Assembly (NCBI GenBank): GCA_977018835.1
Contig: OZ361258.1
Coordinates: 3,782,001-3,846,000 of the forward strand
Source: Minutocellus sp. GHC0000111
Taxonomy: Eukaryota
Length of the DNA stretch: 64,000 nt
Direction: 5' to 3'
Both the position numbers and the translations under genes were made by a program. Positions 10,970 through 20,712 of this stretch are shown here, one piece after another; within the stretch, counting starts at the first letter, position 1, and each line of letters opens with the position of its first letter. The notes under the pieces are model-generated. The model ran no database searches, was not told the DNA's origin, and saw only the letters and a list, made by a program, of their open reading frames with translations.

Positions 10970-11809
10970 GCTCAATTCACGTACAATATTGTGCGCCTCC
11001 TTTCACTAAGAGTAGCTGGTGGCAGTGGACGTGGTGCGGTCGGTCGGCTCTCGGTCGGGCCGCCCGCGCCGCCGATTTGCAGATTCACAGCCCCATCTCG
11101 TCTTGTTTCGCCGGTCGGATGAAGCGTTTTTCGGCAGAAGACGAACACGTCACGAAGAAACCCACAAAAACCCAATCTCGTTCGTCACCCATTCTTTGAC
11201 CGTCCAACACCATGGTGGTCCGTCGGCGTTGCGCCGGCGTATAACTATATTTTCGTACCAAATACGCATTCATTATCATGTTTGGATATAGTTGAAGCTC
11301 ACTGTATCCTCAGATTGGCCTCCGCTGCGTATCAACGCCACGAACCATCGGCCTACTTTTCCTCCATCTGTCGGCCGTTCGTTTCTCTGGGGTGGTGCCA
11401 TTGCTCCGTCTTTGTGCTCGTCGTGCTCCCGTTGTGATGCCCCAGACCCTCTGGTACTTTCCCACGTTGTTGTTGATGATAAACTGCCGGGATTGCGCCG
11501 CACCCCCCGTATGACCGACTCTCGCTGATCCCGACCGATCGCATCCCCACTCGACCTCCCCCGGAATTCCGACACAACAATTTTGCGCCCGAGGAGAGAC
11601 AGATAGTATTGGGATAAGTTTATGCAACAATCAACCCGACAAAGGGACTTTTTGGTCTGGGAGATAAATGGGTGAGTTAAGAAGGACGTGATGTGTTTGT
11701 TTGGGTGTACTATTTACTTTTTTTGCTCAATCGCGACACTGTTTGTAAAAGTTGGATTATGCAATTCATTTGTTGTTGTGCAGTAGCAGTGTAATTTCAT
11801 TTTCTAATT

Positions 11810-13445
11810 TTATACATGCCCTGCTCCCATCTCTACATCCTCATCTCCATCGGTGCCCATCATGATCATTTGTTGGCGCTTGTCATCAGTTTCTGCTTTA
11901 ACAGCTTCGGTCCTTGTCCTTTTCCTTGTTCTTGCCACCCGAGAGTTTCGCTCCCGCCTCTCCTCGACCTTTGGATTGGATGCCCTCTCCTCAGCCTTGA
12001 ACTGCGCCGTCTGTTGGGCCTCATGTCCCTTGACGCCCTGAGTCCGACGATCTTCCTTAACGCCCTCTTGGTGGGCTCGCTCTACAAACGATTCGTCGAG
12101 CCAATAGATGCCGCCCCATCCATTCTTCACTAGCCAAATGTGTGTTGGTCCAAGATGTGATCTTCGAGTAAGTGCCACTTGGGCGTCATGCTATTGCCGA
12201 TTGCCCGTGCTTGCTTGAGGGCACTTGCAATCAATGCTTCAAGCTCTCTCACAGCCTTCTTTGCCTCATCATCCCATTTCATGTACCATTTCAGAAACCT
12301 GGAATGTGTTGCGTCAAGAGTGTGGAGCAAATTAGAGCAAGCTTTGCAGAGCTCTTTGATGTCGTCATCCGTCATGCCATCTTCCTCGCGATTGTGCTCT
12401 AGGAGAGTTCCTTTGGTGGAGGTGTTGTGGTGGATGAACTCTATTGTCCTTGGTTTCTTCTTGTTGTTGCCTGCCATCAGAAATGATAAAGCTCTCCAGC
12501 ATTCTGCCAGCACTGCCCTTGTTTTACCTGAGTCGGCCGCCTCAATGCCGGCCTTTTTCAGGAAATGGAAGTGAGGGGCATCGTCATCCTCGGCATCATC
12601 GACAGCTCCCATCTCTGGCTCGCCATCACCGTGCTTCTGACGATTCTTCTCAAAGTGCTGCTGCATGCATGATGCTTCATGTGTAGCGTCCTCTCTTGCA
12701 ATGTCAGCTTCGTCCTCATAAAAGGGCACACAGTCCTCGTCTTCGTCGTCATCGTCCTCACTGATCTCGCCGGCCTCCGTCGTGGTCAGGGTGCCCACCG
12801 TCCCAACATCGTCGTCATTGTCCCACCCATCGTCCTGGCCATTATGTGCCCACCAGGGAACTTCTGGGCCTCGAGCAACATCTGCCTGTTGATTTCGTAG
12901 TCCATCGCCGCATGTCCCACCGACGTGTGTGGTGCGGCCGACTTGAGGAATGCATTGCATGCCTTCGTCAAATTGAGCCGCGGCGGCGGTGTTTCGAGGC
13001 GAAATTGTTGCTCGACCGTGACCATGTCGAAAGCCATCCATCCATCATCATGGTGGAGAGCGTCGGCTGCACGAGGATTGATAGAACCGAGGCGAACAAA
13101 CATGCTCTTTTTGTGTGGGGTTCGCTGAACGTCGTCGGCAAGGCAGTGTCTTGATGCCATTTCATCCCATCCATTCTGGTTGTCTGTCCTCACAAAAAAC
13201 ACATCGTGGTCTTCGTGTTTCTTCTTCTTCAAACCCAAGATGCCCGCAGTGTGCATGACGGCGCCGTGCATGATGGGACTGCATCCCAACACATTCATCA
13301 AGGAGTCGTTGTTGTTGCCGATGAAATTGTAGTGATGAAGTTCCTTTCTGCGAAGACTGACGAGCAGTTCAGCCAGGGCGTCCTGCACCGCAATTCTGTC
13401 TGCGGTGTTGACCGCGGGATTGCGGCCGTTATTTTTTTTGCTCAT
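11810..13445 (-). mobile_element. Decayed, internally deleted DNA transposon ORF (Chapaev/Transib/RAG1-like C-terminal core)
   Basis: Three ORFs (13445, 13041, 12178) are each offset by +2. The joined C-terminus reads MTPKWHLLEDHILDQHIW...DESFVERAHQEG, matching the TPKxHxxxxH ... ExxExxH pattern. Strongly TA-depleted. No confident TIRs. Confidence 0.6.
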
Positions 13446-13900
13446 GGAGAACTATGGATCAAGACCAACGGGAACATCACCAGGATGTCGGGAGCACCTG
13501 GTTGGTCTCGTGCCGTAATTCTCCCACACCAGCGCGAGATGTCGCCTTCGTTCTGCACGTAGCGGCGGCAATTTGAATTTTTGCTGCCATGGTGGCTCGC
13601 GTTGGGCGCGCCGGTCGGTTGCTTCGCGCGCCGGCCGGCCACCGAAAGTGCGACCAAAAGCATGCGAGTCATCCGGCTGGCAGATGGTGCTGTGGATTGA
13701 TTGAGTGTGATCGTGTCCCTCTTTCGTGCGTCATCGGCGCGATTTCCGCCACTCTGCTGCTCTGCACTTCACTTTGCAACTTTGTGAACTGCTCGTCACC
13801 ACACCATGGCTCGGTCCAACCGCTTTCCCCTTGCAAACACCATTGCTTTAGGTCTGCCTGCACTTGCATAACGCACGAGAAAAAGTATTTGCCACGCACC

Positions 13901-14563
13901 ATGGCGAAAGAAATCGAAACCCTACTCGGCCCCACCATCCTCACGAAGGCCGGTGCTCCTGCGGCATCAACCTCGTCTGCCTCGGCCCTTGGATCGGCTG
14001 AGGCATGTCTCATCTATTTCTCGGCGTCGTGGTGCCCCCCTTGCCGCTCGTTTACCCCGATTCTCAAGGATTTCTACGAAAAGAATGGCAAGAAGAATGG
14101 CATCCAGGTGGTGTTTGTCTCCTCGGACAGTGATCTTCAATCCTTTGAGGAATGTTACAAAAAGATGCCGTGGCTGAGCCTGTCCACCGATGCGGATTCT
14201 GCGTCCATCAAGCAGAAGTTGGCCCAAATGTTTCAGATTCGGGGGATTCCTTCGTTGATTGCCATCGATGCCAAGAGTGGCAAATACATTACGAATGATG
14301 CGAGATCGGATGTGATGGGTGCTGGTGGTGATGATACAAAGCAGAAGGAAGTAATTCAAAAGTGGAAAAGCATCGAGGCCGTCCCCATCGAGGAAGCAGA
14401 TTTGAGCAGTGGCGCTGGGCAGGGTGGAATCGGTGCCATCGTCACCTTCCTTTTGAGAAATCCAATTTACATATTCGGGCTTCTTTATTTCGCCCGAAGA
14501 GCTCTGGCGTACTTGCAAGAAATGGGAAGAGACGATGATGAGCAAGGTGGTGGGGAACTCTAA
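13901..14563 (+). CDS. Nucleoredoxin/tryparedoxin-like thioredoxin-fold protein with C-terminal TM helix
   Basis: YFSASWCPPCRSFTP, VVFVSSD, MPW and IRGIPSL motifs; ACCATGG start context; hydrophobic C-terminal segment. Confidence 0.92.
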   Translation: MAKEIETLLGPTILTKAGAPAASTSSASALGSAEACLIYFSASWCPPCRSFTPILKDFYEKNGKKNGIQVVFVSSDSDLQSFEECYKKMPWLSLSTDADSASIKQKLAQMFQIRGIPSLIAIDAKSGKYITNDARSDVMGAGGDDTKQKEVIQKWKSIEAVPIEEADLSSGAGQGGIGAIVTFLLRNPIYIFGLLYFARRALAYLQEMGRDDDEQGGGEL

Positions 14564-15350
14564 AAGAAAGATGTCATTAATGTGTCGTCAATGGAAACTA
14601 AATGTCATGAACAATTCCAACTAGATCTAATTTAGCAAATCTACACACACTACAACATATTGTTCATGCAGAATGTACCGGTATGTAGAGTCTACCGCGG
14701 GGGTGATGATGTTGAGCATGCACCAGCTAGATCTAGCTCTGGCGCAGTTGCGTCGTCGTCGCATCGCATGCATGTGCCTAGGCAGGCAGGACACGAGCTC
14801 GCACCTTTCGATGGTGGCTGGTGCATTTCTCTACTCATTCGTAAAGAAGGCGCTGGCTGGTGGTAATAAGAGTAAGGAGCAGAAGGCATAACTTATCGCA
14901 TAAAGGGATAAAAAGGATACATGTAATGTAACTTCGTTTACCGGCACCAGTGGGAGCTAGCTACAGCATTGTTGGGTGGAAGCTACGGTACGTGATGAGT
15001 ATACGTACGTAATGTCGTCTGTCCATCGTCCTCGGTACCGTAGTACCGTAGTACCTTTCGGTTTCAGAGGATTTGTAGAGGGTATACCAATAACCCCTAA
15101 AAAAAGGTCATTCTTGCACCCATTTCTCATTTCCCACCACGTGTTTTGTTAGTCGACATTCTCTTCGGGAGGAACGCAAATGCTCCTCAACTCGTGGATA
15201 TCTACTGGACCTGCTCATTCAGTAGGTTGCCACCGACCAGTAGTATCCACTGAATTCGCAGGTCCAGTAGATTCTGGCAGGAACACACACGTGTTTTTTG
15301 GTCCCCCGCACACCCTCTCTCTCACACCGCAACCCGCAAATTTTGTGACG

Positions 15351-18237
15351 ATGACGACGACCAACCAGACCACGCCCAAAAAATACAAACGCAGCAGAAC
15401 TTCGTTCTCAGGGAGCAAGAGAGGCAACACCAAGGCATCCAGGAAGGCGGCAAAGGCGGCAGCTGAGCCGAAAACACCATCGCCGAGCGCAAACACGTCG
15501 AAGAAGCGGCCACGGTCAAATTCGCCCGCCAAACCGTCACCGTCGTCGGCGAAGAAGAGGACGGCCCCTCCTCCTATCCCCATGGCCTTTCTCCTTGCAG
15601 CAGATGTCATTCGAAGGGCTGGTAAGGATCTGTGGTGGAGAGTAACCCCCGATTCCTGCGGCAAAGATGACATTTGTGTTGGTTCTCGGCAGAAATGGGA
15701 AGGAAGAAGACGTCCTCCCTGCTTTCATCGAGGCCGACTTGTTGCGTTCCAAGTCCGTCGGTGGAGGAAAGTGTGAGCTACAGTACAACGAGGAAAAATG
15801 GAAGGACATGCAGCAACAACATCTCAAGGAGCATTGTAGTTTGAAGTTGCACTTGTCGACGTGTCGGCCGAGAGGGAAGACAAGAGACGCAGGGCGCTTT
15901 GTGTTTGTGCTCACAGGTTGCGTAAAAAGAAGGAGGACAACCACCCGAAATTCTCTGGACCGGAGGGACAGAAGGTGCACGAGAAAAGAAATCCCGATGA
16001 AGTTCTGTTCTCTGGGCGCTCGACTGTCTTAGCTACTAAGCTAGGTGAGAGGTTGTCAGCTCACAGAAAGGAGGCACAGTCAGCGCATTGCGAAGCAAGA
16101 GCAAAATCACTAGTCGACGAGGCCAAGAAACTGGGTTGGATGCCAGCAAGTCTCCTCAGCATACTGAAGGGAACTGGTGATACTTCCGCCACTGAAGCAG
16201 CTGCAGCCTCCCCCAATGATGAAGGTTTAGGAGGAGCCGATGCTTCCATTGTCTGTGCCACCTCCAGTGACATTGATGAACAGGTAAAGGTCGCTCTCGG
16301 CCTCGACTTTGTTGTTCGGATGGCCAACGATGACATGCTCCGTCCTCCTCGTCCCAATGCAACCGTCACCGAACCAACACCAATCAGAAAAGAAAAGCAG
16401 GCGAATGAAAGAATGCGGTTCAGCGCCGTGGCTCTCGCGGATTGGTGGGGATGCGGCGACCCAACTCGCACGTGTGAAGACCGGCAACAAATTGCAACTG
16501 CCGCGTGTCGGCAAGTTGCGCACGATCACGGTCATGCCAAGTCAACCGGTGGTTCTCAGCTTTACAAGTGGAGAGACCAGCTCTACAAAAGCCTTACTGA
16601 TGGCATCAGCAATCCCATCGGCGGAAAGGAGGTTCGTGGAAGGAAGAAGGCGGCATGCACTGACATGATCGAGGAGAAGGAGCCAGGACATCTCCGCGAG
16701 CTGCATCGGCATGCTACTCGGATGAAGGGTGCGATGGCAACCTTTAAGGAGCTAGCTGACTGCATGAGCGCAAAATCAGCTACTCCAGATGAAGATAGGC
16801 TGACAATTAGTCTCCATCGTCTTCAGCTTTTTCGCTGGTGGAAAAAGCAAGGCGGTAAGGAGAAGTCGTCGATCGAGAAGCCGAGGCTCACCCCCGAATG
16901 TTGTAGGAAGCGACTTGATTGGATCGAAAAGTGGGAGGACATTACGACCGATCCCAACATTCCTTTAGCGTATCTTGATGAAAAGTGGTTTTACGCTGCT
17001 ACTCGGCGACGAAAGATCAAGATGTTGCCACTTTCTGACGAAGAACTAAGCAGTCCGAACCTCGCGTCTGTCCATGCTTCCGAGGCAAGCCCGAAAATTC
17101 GATCCAGAAGACACCCTGTCAAAGTTATGCATCTTGGAGTTGTTGGCCGACCAATGAAGGATGAAACCAAAGACGTTGATTTCAATGGGCGCATCATGAT
17201 CAAGAGAGTCGCCAGGGAGCAGAAGGTGGAAAAGCTTACGCGTAATCAGAATTTCTCTCCAGATGCTAAGGTCAACGATGCGCTAAAAAATGACAAAGAT
17301 TGGCGCGACATTTACGACGAGAATGCTGACATGACCGCCGGCCATCTTTGCGACCACATTGCCGAAATCTACGGCCTTTCTGAGTTTGTTACAGAGCGAT
17401 TGGAACTTCAATACGAGGACTATAAATCCGACGGTCAGGCAAAAAGTCGCAAGCATGCCGCTGTTGGCTACAATCAAAAGATCTCGAGTCTCAAGCGACA
17501 CACTCCTGATAGCAATGGAGAGAAGGTGAAGGTTGAGATCGACGACCTTGAGCTCGGGGTGCGGCATCAACGGGGCGATAAGGTTACCAAGGACTGTAGC
17601 TGCGACTCCAAATGGATGTTGGAGACTATGAATGAGGTCGGGAAGGCGATTCGAGACGCACATCATTGGGTGAAGTGGGATCCACAAAATATTCAGGAGT
17701 CTGATGTTATGTGTCTTATGATGGACAATGCCGGCGGTCATGGGTCCAATGAAGCAGTTGAGAAGTACACCGAGGACCTCAAAAACAAATATAAGATTGA
17801 GATAATCCAGCAGGTTCCTCGGTCGCCCGAGACAAATGTTCTTGATCTCGGCATCTGGATGTCTTTGCAGTCGGCCGTCAAAAAGGAGCATCGCGGTCAG
17901 AAGAATGATGCGAATGCTCTTGACAAGAGACTGTGATGAAAGTATGGGCCAATGTCGCATCAAAAGAGGCCTTTCTCAATGTATTTGGGTTAGGGTTAGG
18001 CTAACCCTAACCCTAACCCTAACCAGTGATATATAACAACATCAAGAGAAGTCGTGGCGGTAACAATCTTGTGGAGACCAGACGGGGAAAGGCTGGTCTC
18101 TCGCAAAAATTGCCGAGGAAGAAGCTGAAGAGGATGGTGAACCACTCTGGCCAATTGATGCTCCCGGCGAAGATGATGACATTGAGGACGACATAGATGA
18201 AAATGATGAAGACGATGGAGTCATTGATTTGCTATAA
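15351..18237 (+). pseudogene. Frameshifted DD39D transposase of element 1 (about 950 aa if repaired)
   Basis: YLDEKWF (D1), MDNAGGHG (D2) and PRSPETNVLDLG (D3), with 39 residues between D2 and D3. Frameshifts near 15665, 15925, 17928 and 18100, plus a telomeric tract at about 18000. Confidence 0.88.
17987..18024. repeat. Head-to-head interstitial telomeric repeats GGGTTAGGGTTAGG|CTAACCCTAACCCTAACCCTAACC
   Basis: Read directly from the sequence: TTAGGG units immediately followed by CCCTAA units. Confidence 0.9.
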
Positions 18238-18564
18238 CTTATCATAGCATGTCCATTTCTATTCATTACATTTTGATTTGGTGCTTCCAAAAATGCATTT
18301 TTTTCCCGGGGTGAGGAATGCAAATGTCGAAAAAAAAATCATCACATAATGTACATTTATTGGTTCTGGTGCACAATATCTCTCGACTATATGTAGAAGT
18401 TGGTGACCATAACTTGGTTCTTGCCCCGACTTCCATATTGGCCGTCATTTATTCCTCGGAGTTAGAAAAAGTGAGCTTGGATTTTTGGTCTTGTGTGGTC
18501 GTGTTTCTAATACGTCATCATCACGTCACTTTCAAATCCTCTGAACTCGAAAGGTACCTACGCC

Positions 18565-18586
18565 TAGGCCTAGGTACCTAGGCCTA
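18565..18586. repeat. Perfect 22-bp palindrome TAGGCCTAGGTACCTAGGCCTA in the spacer between the two mariners
   Basis: Self-reverse-complementary; built from TA, CC and GG units. Confidence 0.9.
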
Positions 18587-20445
18587 CGAGGTCAGATTCG
18601 CGAGAAATCGACCGCCCGGATTTTGACTGCTTTCGAGGGGATTGAAAAGCGCCTCGAAGAATAGTCATGCTGAAATATTTAAGAAAATGGCTATTTTTAC
18701 TCTAATTTTGATTTATCTTCATGTGAAACAATAATTCGGATAAGACTTTAGATTTCAGCGGCTCTAATCAAATGGACGCGTTCGTCGCACTTGGACCGGT
18801 ATACTGCTTCCCAACGAGTGCCGATGATTCATCTGATTCGGCCGCCTTCCGTTCTGTCATCGACGATCTTGCAACGGCGACCCGGCGGTATACTGCACCA
18901 TGTCTCTTTGCAATTGCCAAGTGCAGGGAGCAGGCAAAGGTGGACTATTCGGTGCTGTCCAGCGCAGAGCATGGTGCACGATTTTCGGGATGGATGAAGG
19001 CGTATGGTGCTCTACCTGCATCTGAGAAGGCGATGTGGGAGATGAAGAGGAGATCTCATCTGGCTATGCAGCCATACATTCGAGATGTTATTGTTGATGC
19101 TCTGATACGAAATCCTCGGGAATCTTGGCGGGAGCTGGAGGTGGATGTCAACTTTTGGTGTTCCTACTCGGCAATACGGCGGTGGATAATGTCGCGGGAA
19201 GGGTTCCGGTACTATGCCGAAAGGATCATCCCTCTCCTTACTACACATCAGATGGAGAAACATTTGGCATTTGCGCGGAAATTCCGAAACAATTGGGGGC
19301 TCGGCGGTGGCAAGTTTCTCCTTGTTATGTTCGATGAGAAGTGGTTTTGGGGCTTGGTTCTTCGATCGCATGCCAAGCAAGTTGCAGAATTGGGTATTGA
19401 TCCTCGGTCCTTCTCGGCATATCACCGAAATCACATCAACAAGTGCATGGTGGTGGCTGTCACTGCCTTGGCTTTTATTGACAGCATTGAGAATGGCGGC
19501 ATTGCGTTCAAGCTTGGACTTTTTCGGGCTCAGGCGCATAAAATTGCGAGGCAGATGGTAAGGGAGGCGGTGCGGCAGGCAGATGGTAGAATCAAATATT
19601 GCGGCCCGGTGGTTCGGAAGAAAGACGATCTATACCTTGTGGATTGCGCGGTGACTGGATGCAGCCATGGCACCCTTGATAATCCCAAGTTCCCACTGAA
19701 AGCTTTGTTTGAGAACAAGATATTTCCGGATGTTGAGGCTTTGGTCGGACCTGGCGGAAAGTTTGAAGGCTATGTCCCTATTTTCCAGGGCGACAATGCT
19801 GGGCCCCATGCCGAGACTGAATTTGTGGAATATGTGGACGGAAGGATACTGTCGGGACAAGGGATGGCGTTGGGAACCTCAGGCCCCGCAAATGCCCCAT
19901 ATGAATGTTCTTGATCTGTCTGTTTTCCCTTGCATGCCAAAGCAGCATACAATGTTGTGCCGCGATCGGGAGGGGCTGAAGGTTTTGACAGAGGATCAGA
20001 CTTGGGATGCAGCGGAGGAAGTTTGGATGGGGCTGGAAAACTGGAAGATCGCATCGGCATACATCCAGGCTCATAGAATTGCAAAGAAGGTAATCGTTGC
20101 AAAAGGCAACAATGATTTTCTTGGAAACGGTGAAGGCATTCATGTTGGGGTGCGAAAGGATTTCAGGCCGACTGAAAATGGCATGGTTCGGATAGATGGG
20201 AAAATTATCGCTCCTCCTCCTGCTGATCCAACCATGGATAATTAGTCCTGCGGTGCTTTTAAGTTATATTGTGTTTAATAATACTAGATTGGATTGTAGA
20301 TCTGGATACTAGCTGCTGCAATACATGTACTTTGCATCGTACATGTATTCAATGCCGGTAGATCTAAGATTCAGGCGGTTGCGGGCCCAAAAAGTCGCTG
20401 TTTTGGTCCCGACCCTGCGCTCGATTTCTCGCGAAACGGACTTGG
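18587..20445 (+). mobile_element. Tc1/mariner (DD39D) element 2, 1.86 kb, with about 29-bp imperfect TIRs and TA flanks
   Basis: Left TA|CGAGGTCAGATTCGCGAGAAATCGACCGC versus reverse complement of the right end TA|CCAAGTCCGTTTCGCGAGAAATCGAGCGC; shared 15-bp exact core TTCGCGAGAAATCGA. Confidence 0.85.
18772..20245 (+). pseudogene. DD39D transposase of element 2 with a single +1 frameshift at about 19837
   Basis: FDEKWFW, QGDNAGPH and PQMPHMNVLDLSVF. Removing one G in GTGGACG joins ORFs 18772 and 19709 and restores exactly 39 residues between D2 and D3. Confidence 0.88.
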
Positions 20446-20712
20446 TAGGTAGGATAGGAAAGCTGCATGCGAACCCGGAGGCCGTTTGAAGATGGGTCTG
20501 TCCGTCCGCCCGAAAGCACTCCTGACTGGAAGCCATCGTTGATCAGAGTTGAGCGTAGTAGCGCGCGTTCCTTTCCTTCCGATTCTCATTGATCTTGGCT
20601 CTCTTCTAATAGTACCAGTAGTTGGCTCCCCCCTTGTCGTTCCTTTCCGTGTGGCAGAGAACGCACACATCTTGAACTCGTCGTCGTGCTATCGATCACC
20701 CAATCATCAGTC

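Larger units (their letters stand above)
15054..18554 (+). mobile_element. Tc1/mariner (DD39D) element 1, 3.5 kb, with 22-bp TIRs and TA target-site duplication
   Basis: Left TA|CCTTTCGGTTTCAGAGGATTTG (15054-15075) versus right CAAATCCTCTGAACTCGAAAGG|TA (18533-18554): 20/22 match. Confidence 0.9.

Noticed and set aside
11208..13594. CACCATGG as Transib-like termini
   Set aside because: Only an 8-bp match, no 5-bp TSD, and the motif recurs as an ordinary start-codon context.
11503..13680. Possible TIR pair CCCCCCGTATGAC / CCAGCCGGATGAC (reverse complement) around the decayed element
   Set aside because: Only 10/13 match and no clear TSD; too weak to define the ends.
13589..13900. Long N-terminal ORF extension of nucleoredoxin
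   Set aside because: Probably open only because TA loss removes TAA/TAG stops; the ATG at 13901 has the better context.
18985..19060. HMG-box-like helix (ALPASEKAMWE) in the element 2 transposase
   Set aside because: Too short to support without a profile search.
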